DNA of 64,000 nt, taken from contig JAYOHN010000001.1 of assembly GCA_038118245.1 (NCBI GenBank), positions 14,122 to 78,121 of the forward strand. Direction: 5' to 3'. Position 1 is the first letter of the stretch; the number at the start of each line of letters is the position of its first letter. Position numbers and translations under genes: made by a program. Origin of the DNA: Poseidonia sp. Its GTDB lineage: Archaea > Thermoplasmatota > Poseidoniia > Poseidoniales > Poseidoniaceae. Below are positions 35,377 to 44,237 of the stretch, piece by piece. Below the pieces are notes generated by a model. The model had not been told where the DNA came from. It did not search any database and was given only the letters and a program-made list of their open reading frames with translations.

Positions 35377-38300
35377 AACCCAAAGGCTCGCCCTCGGGTC
35401 CGCAACGACGCAGGTCCCCTCGGTAAAACGGGCACATGCCGCACGTTTTCGCACCTGCTTTGAGACGAGGAGGTTCCTCCAAATCAGGGTTCAGGTGAAC
35501 CGCCGTCCGCCACTTCAAATGGTCGCGCAGCACCGCTTTCGCTCGCTCAAAACTTGACTGGGTGAGTTGAATCACCCGCCCGTTCGCGCCCACGAGCAGC
35601 GCTGGAGGGAGAACCCGGCGCCGCTCTTCAACCGGCTTAGCGGCCTCCATGGCTTCCAACGCCATGGAATACAACGCGAGTTGAAGTTCGTGCTCCTCCA
35701 AGAGTCCAGCCTCCGCATCCGACTCGGGGAAGAGGGATGCTTCGCTTGGGGGCACGGCTTGAAGCGCATGCCCGTTTGAAGCGTCTTCGGGGTTGAAATC
35801 CTTGAGGCACCCCTTGGTTTTCAAATCCACCACCTGCAGGGCCCCCTCGCCTTCGCTGCTGGCGAGGGCCAGGACCAAATCCGCCCTTCCGCTGAAGTCC
35901 ATGTTGACGGCTTGGACATCCGATGCACCGCTGATGTCTGGCACCAAATGTTGCATTTCGGGGTCCTCCAGCGACAAACGCTCTCGGTGAAAGAAAGGCA
36001 ACTCCGTCCGGACGGCTTCAACGGTCCAACCGTGCAAGGACTCGCCTTGCGTCCACCTGCCGAGCAACCCTTGGTCGATGAGCCCGCCCAAGTGCATCAA
36101 TCGGTCACGCCAACGTGCGGGGTCTGAGCCTTCCTCTTGCTCAAGGCCGTGTCCGAATTCAAACATCACCCTGCCCACCGTTGTTGCCGAAGCCAAGTCG
36201 TCTTCGGAAGCGTGTTTCCACGAAGGACCCAAGGCCGGTGAACCTTCGACGAACTTCAGCGGGTTTCGCAAGCCAATCTCCATCACTCGGTGCATCATCA
36301 ACCCGAACTCCGTTGGTTTGGGCCAGGCATCGTCCTCGTGAACATCGGCCTTGAGGGAGGGCAGGCGGAATGGTTCCGGCGTCCATCCGTTCACGTGCTC
36401 AAGCCAGTACCTCCGTGGGCATGCGGACGTCGAATCCAAGTGGTGAGCGGTCCCCTGGAGGCTTTCAACAACCTTCAATCGGGTCGGTTCAACGGCCGGC
36501 CGATGAGGTCCTGTGGCCAAATGGGCTTCCACATCCCGTGCGCGTTGTTGAACCGAACGGGGCGTGGTTGGGTTAAAACAACGCGGGTGGTGATAGAGGC
36601 GAAGGCCTCGGACGCCGTTTTCTCCCAAGGGTGCATCGTTGAGGAGACGAGCGGGGTCGAGCAGGGTCAGGGTTTTGAGCGGGGCAAACACGGGGAGTTC
36701 GTCCGCCTCGGTCTCACCGCCTTGCAGCCAAGGAGCGGCAGCGTCACCCGCTCGCCATGCCGCTCTTCGCAAACCCTCCACGAACATTTTTCCCATCGTC
36801 CTCGGATCGGGTTGAATGCGAACGCCGAGGGCTCCCGTGGTTTCGTCAAAGGTGGACTGTTTGCCCGGGGAGCCCGTGAGGATCAGCCGGTCCTTGACTC
36901 GGGTCAACGCGACGTAGAATTTTCGCCGAAGTTCCGCTTTGTCCTGAGCTTTGTTCATCTCCGTTGCGAAGGACCACATGCCGTCAGCAGGTCGCTCCCT
37001 GGCCCGCCAAGGTTGGATGCGTCCGGCTACCACCTGAGGCGTCACGAGGATGTTCTCCGACACCGCCATGCTGGCATCGGCCATGCCTGCGCTGAACAAA
37101 CCCGAAACCACAACAACGGGCGCTTGAAGCCCCTTTGAACCGTGAATCGTCATGATTTGCACCGAAGACGCGTCCGCCTTGACAATGGCTTGCGGGCCTT
37201 TGCTGTCCAGGGCCTTGATCTCAACGATCCGTCGTTGCATGGCGGAGACATCGTGCCCAGTTTCTTTCCCGATGCCGTGAAGCATGGCCAACCACGCTTC
37301 AGCGAATTGGCGTTGCGCATCGTTAGGGTAGGCCACAAGGAGGTCCGAGCGGTCGAGGACGGTGTCAAACGCATCGTAAACCGCACCCCATTGAATCATA
37401 CGATGAAGGTCCTCCATCAGATTCCGAACCGCTTCGGTTGGTGCGTTCGCCAAGAGCGAAGGCCACAAACTCTGGCCCGGGGGAACCGATAAGAGCGTCG
37501 TCTGGACCTGTCGCTCCGTCATCCCCATCACGGGTGAGCGAGCGAGCACAAACCCGGCTGTACGGGCACTCGGCCGAGCCATCAGAGCGAGCAGGGCCAT
37601 CAGCGGTTGGACCACCGGTTGGGCGAGCAACAGGCCCTGCCGGTCGGCCATGACCGGAATGTTTCGGGCCCGAAGGCGCTCGACCAAATCGGGGAGGTGT
37701 TTTCGCGAATTCACGAGGATCATGATGTCCTCGGGGCGGACCTCCGGGCCTTGCTCGTCCACCGTCTGCCACTCGGCGTTGACGGCGTCCCAAACCCGCG
37801 TGGGTGCACGGTGAAGCAACGCGTGGAGGCGGTCGGCCAACAATTGATGCTCTCGATGGACCGAGGAGGAGGAAGGGTCGAGGAAGGCGTCAACCGCCAC
37901 GTCGAGGTCGAGAGGAACGCTTGCAGCGGGACCCGGAACGGGCAACAACCACTCAAGAACACCCGGTTCATCCGTGGTTCGAGCTGGGCGCAAACGCTGC
38001 GCCTCGGCATGCCAGTCCCCTGGAAGTTCGTGGTGGCGGGGGTGAAAGACTTCGTCAAACATGTCGTTCAGGGTTTCCATCAAATCGTGCCGTGTGCGGT
38101 GGTTGGAAGCCAAGTCAACATGCCCCTCCGTCCGGCGGACCAAACGCTCACCGGAAATCGGAGGCTGCGTTGGGTCGTCCTCTTCGGAGAACGGGACATG
38201 GGTGTAAGGGGCCGAACCCTCACCGGTATGTTCGTTGGTGAACGAACCGGTTTCGCCTCCAGCACCAACCGGGCGGGGGTCTCGTCCACACCCTGGCTGA

Positions 38301-40285
38301 CGGAGGTGGTCGAGCCGAGAATCCTCAAATTCAACGGCGTTGAAGGACCGAATCGCAGCCACCGCTCGGCGCATCACCGACACCTCGGCTTGTCGGAATC
38401 GGTAGATGCTCTGTTTCATGTCACCCACGATGCAAACCGTCGGGTCCCAAGGGCCAAAGGGCCGTTCGGGGTCGTCGCTTTCGCGGCGACGACGGCCCCA
38501 AAGTCGGGCGAGCAAGCGGTAGTGGGAGGGGTTGGTGTCTTGGTATTCGTCGATGATGAAGGCCCGGTATTGGCGACGCAGGTCGCTTAAGATGGCGAAG
38601 CGCCGCTGAAGGTCCTCCTGCAGTTTGGGTCGGTCGTTGAGCATCGTCAACGCCTGGGAAATGTGAAGGTCGCTCCAAGGCTCGTCACCCAAGCCGTCGA
38701 GCGCATCGATGACCTCAGGAGGATAGAGGTGGCGACAAACATCGGGACATCGGGCGAGCAGGAGGTCGGCTGCAAAGCGTTGCATGTCGTCAAAATCATG
38801 CATCCCATCGAGGGACTTCCGGCGTGCCAGAATCTGTTGACAGCCGGTATGAAGAACCATCAAATCGCTCAGCACTTCCGCTTGCAGGGAAGCCGTGACG
38901 TACATATCCCGTTGGCCGGGTTCGAGCGGGAGCGGTTCTTCAAGCGGGTCCAGACGCAGCGGGCAATCAAGAGGCATGCCGTCAAAGCCCTCACCGGGGG
39001 CGAGCAAGAACGCCGAGCGAGCCAGCAGTCGAATCAGCGTCCCATCCGCTGAATTGAGGCGCTCGAGCAGCGGAGGCAAACGAGCAGCGGCCCGTGCATA
39101 AAGGGCATCTTTGTCGGCACCGGGCATTCCACGAACGTTCGATTTGGTCAACAAACCGGAAGGCCAACGGTCCCCGCTTGGAAGGTGACCGCGAGGGAAA
39201 AAGGTGCAATGGGGTTTAACCAGTCCTGAGCCCGTCGCCAATCCGAGGAAAACCTGCCACATCCAGGACAGTTGTTCGCCGGGCTCGCCGGGGGTTGGGG
39301 CCGAAAGCACACGACGAAGGTGGTTGTATCGCGTTAACGCCGTCTCGTTTTCCGCAGGCGTTACGCACAGGGCGTGGTAAGGGGCAAACTCATCCAACCA
39401 ACCTTGGAGTTGGCCCCTGACGTCTTGGATAAACTCCGGGAGGAGGTCCGAAACCGGAGCGGCGATGGTGTTCAGGAGGATGTCCACCGGGACCGGCCCT
39501 CGCCCGTTCCACGCCAAGCCCATGTCGTGTGCTTGCTGGATCATGGCTCGGTGGGATTGCTCAACGAAAAGCGAGCGGCCCAGCAACCCGTTCAGGACCA
39601 CTTCGGCTTGGTCCTGGCCGCCCAGGCGGGCCACCAGCCGGGTTCTTGATTCAAGGAAGGTATCGTGGTGATTGAGCACCCCTGCTTCACGAGCATCTTC
39701 CACGGAACGAATCCGCCACACAGCGTGCAGCGTGTCGCGCAACATGAGCGGAGCACGCTCCTCGGTGACCTGTTGATTGGAGGGGTAAAGCGCCACCAGG
39801 TCGATGAACGGCAAGACCAGTTGATTGAGGAAAGCATCAATGGTGGAGATGGGGGCTTCATCCAACGAGGAGAGGAGCATCTCCACGTCGCCGTCGCTTC
39901 GCAGGCGAGGGTCGTACACGCCCTCGTCGTCACCATGGGCAAGCGGCGTGGCGCGACTCAAGGCCAAGCGATGCCGGATTCTGGCCTTCAATTCAGCCGC
40001 GGATTTCCGTGTGAAGGTGATGGCTGCCACCTCTGAGGGCAGCAGACCGGGCCACTGGGCAAGGTCGGTTCGTTCTCGTTTTGGCGTTCGCAACGCACCG
40101 TGCCCGCTCAGCGGCGTGCGGGGACCCGGTGGGGTCACGAGGGTCGCCCGCTGCTGCGCCGCCATCAGATGCTGGACGTACCGCTCAGCCATGACGGTCG
40201 TTTTCCCCGTTCCGGCACCAGCATCCAAGGCGATGTGACGGTCGAGGTCGAGCCCCAAACGCTGACTGGTGTTGAATTCAATCAT
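35369..40285 (-). CDS. AddA/RecB-like SF1 (UvrD-type) helicase fused to a C-terminal Fe-S RecB-family nuclease
   Basis: Helicase motifs I (AGAGTGKT), Ia (ITFTRKSA), II (DEYQDTN), III (GDMKQSIYRFRQA), V (TIHGSKGLQ) and VI (YVALTRVK). C-terminal nuclease with VDLKTK/QLALY and cysteines ACP...CGMCPFYRGDLRRC. Start taken at ATG 40285 (MIEFNT), which overlaps the upstream stop as ATGA. Confidence 0.85.
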   Translation of the reverse strand: MIEFNTSQRLGLDLDRHIALDAGAGTGKTTVMAERYVQHLMAAQQRATLVTPPGPRTPLSGHGALRTPKRERTDLAQWPGLLPSEVAAITFTRKSAAELKARIRHRLALSRATPLAHGDDEGVYDPRLRSDGDVEMLLSSLDEAPISTIDAFLNQLVLPFIDLVALYPSNQQVTEERAPLMLRDTLHAVWRIRSVEDAREAGVLNHHDTFLESRTRLVARLGGQDQAEVVLNGLLGRSLFVEQSHRAMIQQAHDMGLAWNGRGPVPVDILLNTIAAPVSDLLPEFIQDVRGQLQGWLDEFAPYHALCVTPAENETALTRYNHLRRVLSAPTPGEPGEQLSWMWQVFLGLATGSGLVKPHCTFFPRGHLPSGDRWPSGLLTKSNVRGMPGADKDALYARAAARLPPLLERLNSADGTLIRLLARSAFLLAPGEGFDGMPLDCPLRLDPLEEPLPLEPGQRDMYVTASLQAEVLSDLMVLHTGCQQILARRKSLDGMHDFDDMQRFAADLLLARCPDVCRHLYPPEVIDALDGLGDEPWSDLHISQALTMLNDRPKLQEDLQRRFAILSDLRRQYRAFIIDEYQDTNPSHYRLLARLWGRRRRESDDPERPFGPWDPTVCIVGDMKQSIYRFRQAEVSVMRRAVAAIRSFNAVEFEDSRLDHLRQPGCGRDPRPVGAGGETGSFTNEHTGEGSAPYTHVPFSEEDDPTQPPISGERLVRRTEGHVDLASNHRTRHDLMETLNDMFDEVFHPRHHELPGDWHAEAQRLRPARTTDEPGVLEWLLPVPGPAASVPLDLDVAVDAFLDPSSSSVHREHQLLADRLHALLHRAPTRVWDAVNAEWQTVDEQGPEVRPEDIMILVNSRKHLPDLVERLRARNIPVMADRQGLLLAQPVVQPLMALLALMARPSARTAGFVLARSPVMGMTERQVQTTLLSVPPGQSLWPSLLANAPTEAVRNLMEDLHRMIQWGAVYDAFDTVLDRSDLLVAYPNDAQRQFAEAWLAMLHGIGKETGHDVSAMQRRIVEIKALDSKGPQAIVKADASSVQIMTIHGSKGLQAPVVVVSGLFSAGMADASMAVSENILVTPQVVAGRIQPWRARERPADGMWSFATEMNKAQDKAELRRKFYVALTRVKDRLILTGSPGKQSTFDETTGALGVRIQPDPRTMGKMFVEGLRRAAWRAGDAAAPWLQGGETEADELPVFAPLKTLTLLDPARLLNDAPLGENGVRGLRLYHHPRCFNPTTPRSVQQRARDVEAHLATGPHRPAVEPTRLKVVESLQGTAHHLDSTSACPRRYWLEHVNGWTPEPFRLPSLKADVHEDDAWPKPTEFGLMMHRVMEIGLRNPLKFVEGSPALGPSWKHASEDDLASATTVGRVMFEFGHGLEQEEGSDPARWRDRLMHLGGLIDQGLLGRWTQGESLHGWTVEAVRTELPFFHRERLSLEDPEMQHLVPDISGASDVQAVNMDFSGRADLVLALASSEGEGALQVVDLKTKGCLKDFNPEDASNGHALQAVPPSEASLFPESDAEAGLLEEHELQLALYSMALEAMEAAKPVEERRRVLPPALLVGANGRVIQLTQSSFERAKAVLRDHLKWRTAVHLNPDLEEPPRLKAGAKTCGMCPFYRGDLRRCGPEGEPLGFR

Positions 40286-43200
40286 CCTTGACCGCCTCCC
40301 GCACCCACGGCAGCACCGCAAGAAGCGGCGATGGAACAATACTGACAGTGCGTTCCTGGTGTTGGGTTGATATGACCTGCAGCAGCCGTGTTGACGGCCC
40401 GTCGAGCGACGTTCAACCGCTCCACCATCCAGCGTCGAAACGACGACAACGGTTCACCGAGTTCATCGTGTGCCGGGAAGTGGAGCGGGAAGTAGCGAGT
40501 GATCTCACCGATGGCCAAGGAATCGTCTATGGATGCAAGGGATTCGTCCAATTCGACATAATGAACGGTGGATTCCCCGATTTCAGAGGCCCCCACACCG
40601 ACCACGCGGTCGTTGGGATGGAGCAACTCCCATGCTCGGGCGTAAAGAGCGAGCTGGAGGTCTTCAAACAAGCATCGGGTGTGGCGCAATCCGACGTATT
40701 TAGGCGCCGGTCCGTTCACGGTTTTCAAATCACGAATCACCACGAGCCGTTGGGCGGTGCGCGGCGTGCCGTCAAGCGGGTACGGGGTGTCAAAGGAGGC
40801 GTCGCCGATGACACCGAGTTTTGTCAGCGTCGCTTCCTGGGTTTCGGTCAAGTCCAACACATCAACTCGGTCTGCATACCCGAAGAGACGAAGGCCTTCA
40901 TCGCCCGTCCCCTCGCACGGAGCCAGCAATTCAACCGAACGCTCGCCATCGGTCGTTGGCGACCATTCCACGGCAACAGGTGCCGCATGGTGCAGGGCGA
41001 GGTCGACAGCAAGCATGCGTGCCAGTCGCCCCCTTGGAGGGAGTTCCACTTCACCTTCCAAGAAGCCCTGCCATTCTTCCGGCGTTGCATCGACCAAATC
41101 CCGAGTCCGATGAACGGAAACGGCGTTGTTTCGACCGAGCCATGCCACGTCGCGCTGCAAAAATGCAAGAACGACGCCCCAGCCTGCATCTTCCACTCCC
41201 ATGGGGCCGCGATGGAGCGGTTGAATCCCTTCAATCATCTCTCCGCCAACGGGGACGCCGTGCCCTTCGAGGAGGGCTGCTTCGGCTTCATGGACCACCT
41301 GCCCCCGAGTTCTTGCATCGACGTCCTCGGCTTCAATGCCCTCAGCATCGTCGGCTGAAAGACACTGGTTGACCCAGGCTTGACGCGGACATTTGAGCCA
41401 TGCTTCAAGGCGGCTTGGAGACCAAACCTCGCGCCGGTAGGGTGCAGCATCGGAACCAAAACGGTGGGAAAACAAGACGTCGTCAACGCCGTAGGGCGGC
41501 AGTGGACGAGGGTCAACCGTGAGGGAGACCGACTTTTCGCCCCTGTACCCGAGGTGCGGCCAAGATTCAGCCAGCACGCCAGGAGCTGCGAGGGCCGCTT
41601 TGGTGGGCCGCAAAACCACCCCTTCGGTCGTGAGCATGGACGAGCGCAGGCCCCAATCCAGCGTTTCGCCGCCTTCCAAGTCGCGATGAGAGGGTTGGCG
41701 GCGGGACCGGTCACCTTGGACGCCCGCCTCAAAGGCATCAAAGAGAGCGAGGGGGTTGTTCACGCCCTCGTCAAACGGGTGAAGTCCGTGCAAATCCATC
41801 CCCATTTGTTGCCTCGCATCCGCCTTTGCGTGACCGCGGGTCAGGCGTCGTACACCCGAGGCTTCGGCCACCGAGATGGTCCGAACCGGCGTGAGCCAAC
41901 TTCCGTGACCCTCTTCACGGACCTGCCAGCGGAAACGACGCTCTGGGCTTTCGCCTTCCGTCATGTCAGCGGGCAAAAATTCTGGAGGCCCCCGCATGGC
42001 CTCCCATTCCCCTGACCTCCGTACATCGTTCAGCCATTCCGCCAAGGGAGCGCTCGGACCTCCGCCTTCTTCAGGCGTTGAATCAAAGACGATCACATGG
42101 GGGGCGGCGTTCAACAAGTGGCGCAGGTGGTGCCGTCCTCTTCGCACCAAACGGTCGGCTTGGAAGGTTCCGAGTTGAACCTGGGCACCAGCGTCCAACC
42201 ATGGGACGACGGGGGCGCGCATCCCCCACCCATCAACATCAAGGCCTGCAAGAAGGATAAGGTCGGCCTCGCAGCCCAAGGCCTCCTCCGGCGTCACAAC
42301 ATGGATGTCGGCCGTCTTCGGGGCGAGGTGGGCCACCGAAACCGTCGCTCCAAGATGCTCCAGCACCTCAACGAAGCCCTTGCCGTCCATCGATAACGAA
42401 AGGCCGCATTGACCGAGGTGAGCCATCACGCTTTGAAGCGATTCCAAGAGGTGTTGCAGCGTCCCCAATCCAACCTCGTGCGGCGCACGCCGCTGTGCAA
42501 ACACGTTAAGGTCGAGCGCCCCCAACACCCATGCCAGCCAAGCCGTGCCATCGGCTGGAGATTCGGGCAGGGGCAACACGTCCCCGGAACTGCAACCCTC
42601 TGTTTGGGCTTTGAGCAAATGGCGGTCTTCCGGCATAAGCAACGGAGCCCATGAGCGTAACAAACAGGCCAACCACCACTGGGTTTCTTCAAGTGCTTGC
42701 CGCTTTAAGTCGGGACGGCGCTCAGCGAACGAGGGACGAGCGTTGGAAAGGACCCCCAACCAACGAGCGATGGCCCCTGGCCCTCCCAAAACATGGAATT
42801 GGCGCGCCAAGTCTTCCAAGACCGAGGGATCGGGACGAGGACGCCAATCGTCGTGAACCGGATGGACAAGGTTGGGGAACATGTCCTCAACCAAAGGCAG
42901 CGTTGAAGAGAACAGAAGACGATGAAGCGAAGAGAGTGACCATGCAGACATGCCTTGGCCCAAGCGTGCGGTCTCGAGCAAGGCGTGATGCAGAGGGTGT
43001 TCTTCCAACTTGCCTGAGCCCCCGCCCCACCGAAGGCCAATTTCAGAGAGCGCTTTCGACCACGCATCGCTGCGCTGACTTGCCGAGCCGTCAACGATGA
43101 GAACCGTCCCGGTGTTGCCAGAGCGATACGCTTGGACGAGGGTTTGAGTGGCCATCATCACATCGCTTCGTTCGTCCATCGTCAAACGGGTAAGGACGGT

Positions 43201-44025
43201 GTTTCGTTCAGCGCCCACGGAGGTTCGCCAACCGTCTTCTCCCGGGGACCACACTTCATGAGGAGGGAGCCAAGAGGGTAATGTTTCCTTGGTGCACGGC
43301 GCTTCATCCACCAAGTACGCACCGTGGTACCCCAGGCGAAAAGAGCCGGGGCAGAGAAGTTGGTGCACCGGTTTGAACCTCGCTAAGGCCAGCAAGAGGT
43401 CCTGCTCAACCTCGGTGTAGTCCGGTGCTGAATCAAGGACCACAATGCCATCGATGTTGCTGATGTGAAAGGGAACCATCGCATCCGATGCAGACAACGC
43501 TTCGACAACGCTTTGGAGAACGAACACCGGTAGGGTCCCTCCCGCTTCGGCTTGGTGCTTGAGTGCGAGCCGGTGATAGGTGGCTGCCCCGGGATCGTTC
43601 TCCCAATCAAAGGGGCGACGCAGGTGCAACAACTCGGCATGCAATCGTTGCAAGCGTCGGGTTTTCGCCATTGTCCAGGCACCGACGCCGGGCACGTGAA
43701 GGAAAGGAAAATCCCCCTTTTCGGCCGCCTGAACGCAGCGAGCGTGGAGCGCCATCCCGTTGCTTGCGTCGTCATCGAGAAGGACAGGAAGTCTCAGGTC
43801 CGTGTGGAGCAGCCGGACCAGGCGGTTGAGCGTCAAGTGGAGGTTTGGGGCGACTTCGGCCCCTGCGAGATGGAGCCTTTCGAGGGTTTGTTGCCGGTGC
43901 AGTTCGTTCGGATGCACCATGAGGATGTTGGGCGCTGGACGTGTCTCGAGCGCTTGCGACAACCACGTTGGAAGGCCACGCCCGGCCGGCGTGTACTCTG
44001 AAGTTATTTCAATTCGCATTGACAC
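40282..44025 (-). CDS. AddB-like subunit: degenerate (Walker-A-less) helicase-like N-terminal region plus C-terminal Fe-S PD-(D/E)xK nuclease
   Basis: The C-terminus carries KCPRQAW...VIRDLKT...LQLALYARAW...CQYCSIAASC, which is the AddB-type C-x2-C-x5-C cluster. No P-loop in the N-terminal half. The first codon at 44025 is GTG; ATG follows at 44019. Confidence 0.75.
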   Translation of the reverse strand: MSMRIEITSEYTPAGRGLPTWLSQALETRPAPNILMVHPNELHRQQTLERLHLAGAEVAPNLHLTLNRLVRLLHTDLRLPVLLDDDASNGMALHARCVQAAEKGDFPFLHVPGVGAWTMAKTRRLQRLHAELLHLRRPFDWENDPGAATYHRLALKHQAEAGGTLPVFVLQSVVEALSASDAMVPFHISNIDGIVVLDSAPDYTEVEQDLLLALARFKPVHQLLCPGSFRLGYHGAYLVDEAPCTKETLPSWLPPHEVWSPGEDGWRTSVGAERNTVLTRLTMDERSDVMMATQTLVQAYRSGNTGTVLIVDGSASQRSDAWSKALSEIGLRWGGGSGKLEEHPLHHALLETARLGQGMSAWSLSSLHRLLFSSTLPLVEDMFPNLVHPVHDDWRPRPDPSVLEDLARQFHVLGGPGAIARWLGVLSNARPSFAERRPDLKRQALEETQWWLACLLRSWAPLLMPEDRHLLKAQTEGCSSGDVLPLPESPADGTAWLAWVLGALDLNVFAQRRAPHEVGLGTLQHLLESLQSVMAHLGQCGLSLSMDGKGFVEVLEHLGATVSVAHLAPKTADIHVVTPEEALGCEADLILLAGLDVDGWGMRAPVVPWLDAGAQVQLGTFQADRLVRRGRHHLRHLLNAAPHVIVFDSTPEEGGGPSAPLAEWLNDVRRSGEWEAMRGPPEFLPADMTEGESPERRFRWQVREEGHGSWLTPVRTISVAEASGVRRLTRGHAKADARQQMGMDLHGLHPFDEGVNNPLALFDAFEAGVQGDRSRRQPSHRDLEGGETLDWGLRSSMLTTEGVVLRPTKAALAAPGVLAESWPHLGYRGEKSVSLTVDPRPLPPYGVDDVLFSHRFGSDAAPYRREVWSPSRLEAWLKCPRQAWVNQCLSADDAEGIEAEDVDARTRGQVVHEAEAALLEGHGVPVGGEMIEGIQPLHRGPMGVEDAGWGVVLAFLQRDVAWLGRNNAVSVHRTRDLVDATPEEWQGFLEGEVELPPRGRLARMLAVDLALHHAAPVAVEWSPTTDGERSVELLAPCEGTGDEGLRLFGYADRVDVLDLTETQEATLTKLGVIGDASFDTPYPLDGTPRTAQRLVVIRDLKTVNGPAPKYVGLRHTRCLFEDLQLALYARAWELLHPNDRVVGVGASEIGESTVHYVELDESLASIDDSLAIGEITRYFPLHFPAHDELGEPLSSFRRWMVERLNVARRAVNTAAAGHINPTPGTHCQYCSIAASCGAAVGAGGGQG

Positions 44026-44039
44026 CCATCCTCACCCAT

Positions 44040-44237
44040 CAAGCACAGCCTCTTGACACTTCTTGAACCATCGCTACCGTTTGACCCCCGGACCATCACA
44101 AACAATGTGTTTATATAGGTCCTGCGCCACTAACAAGATGCGCTCATGTTCAAACATGATTGTTCATACTTGTAAGAGTCTGTCAAGTCTGACACAATTC
44201 ATGTTGCTCAAAGCGCAGGAAAGATGAGGTCGATAAA
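44040..44237. promoter_or_regulatory. AT-rich divergent control region between the addB-like operon and the TFB-like gene
   Basis: TATA-like TTTATATA (44110-44117) preceded by a purine-rich stretch. Inverted repeats TCATGT-N4-ACATGA (44144-44159) and TGTCA-N4-TGACA (44181-44194). The TCATGTT motif is repeated. A GAGGT SD-like motif sits 9-13 nt before the ATG at 44238. Confidence 0.45.
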
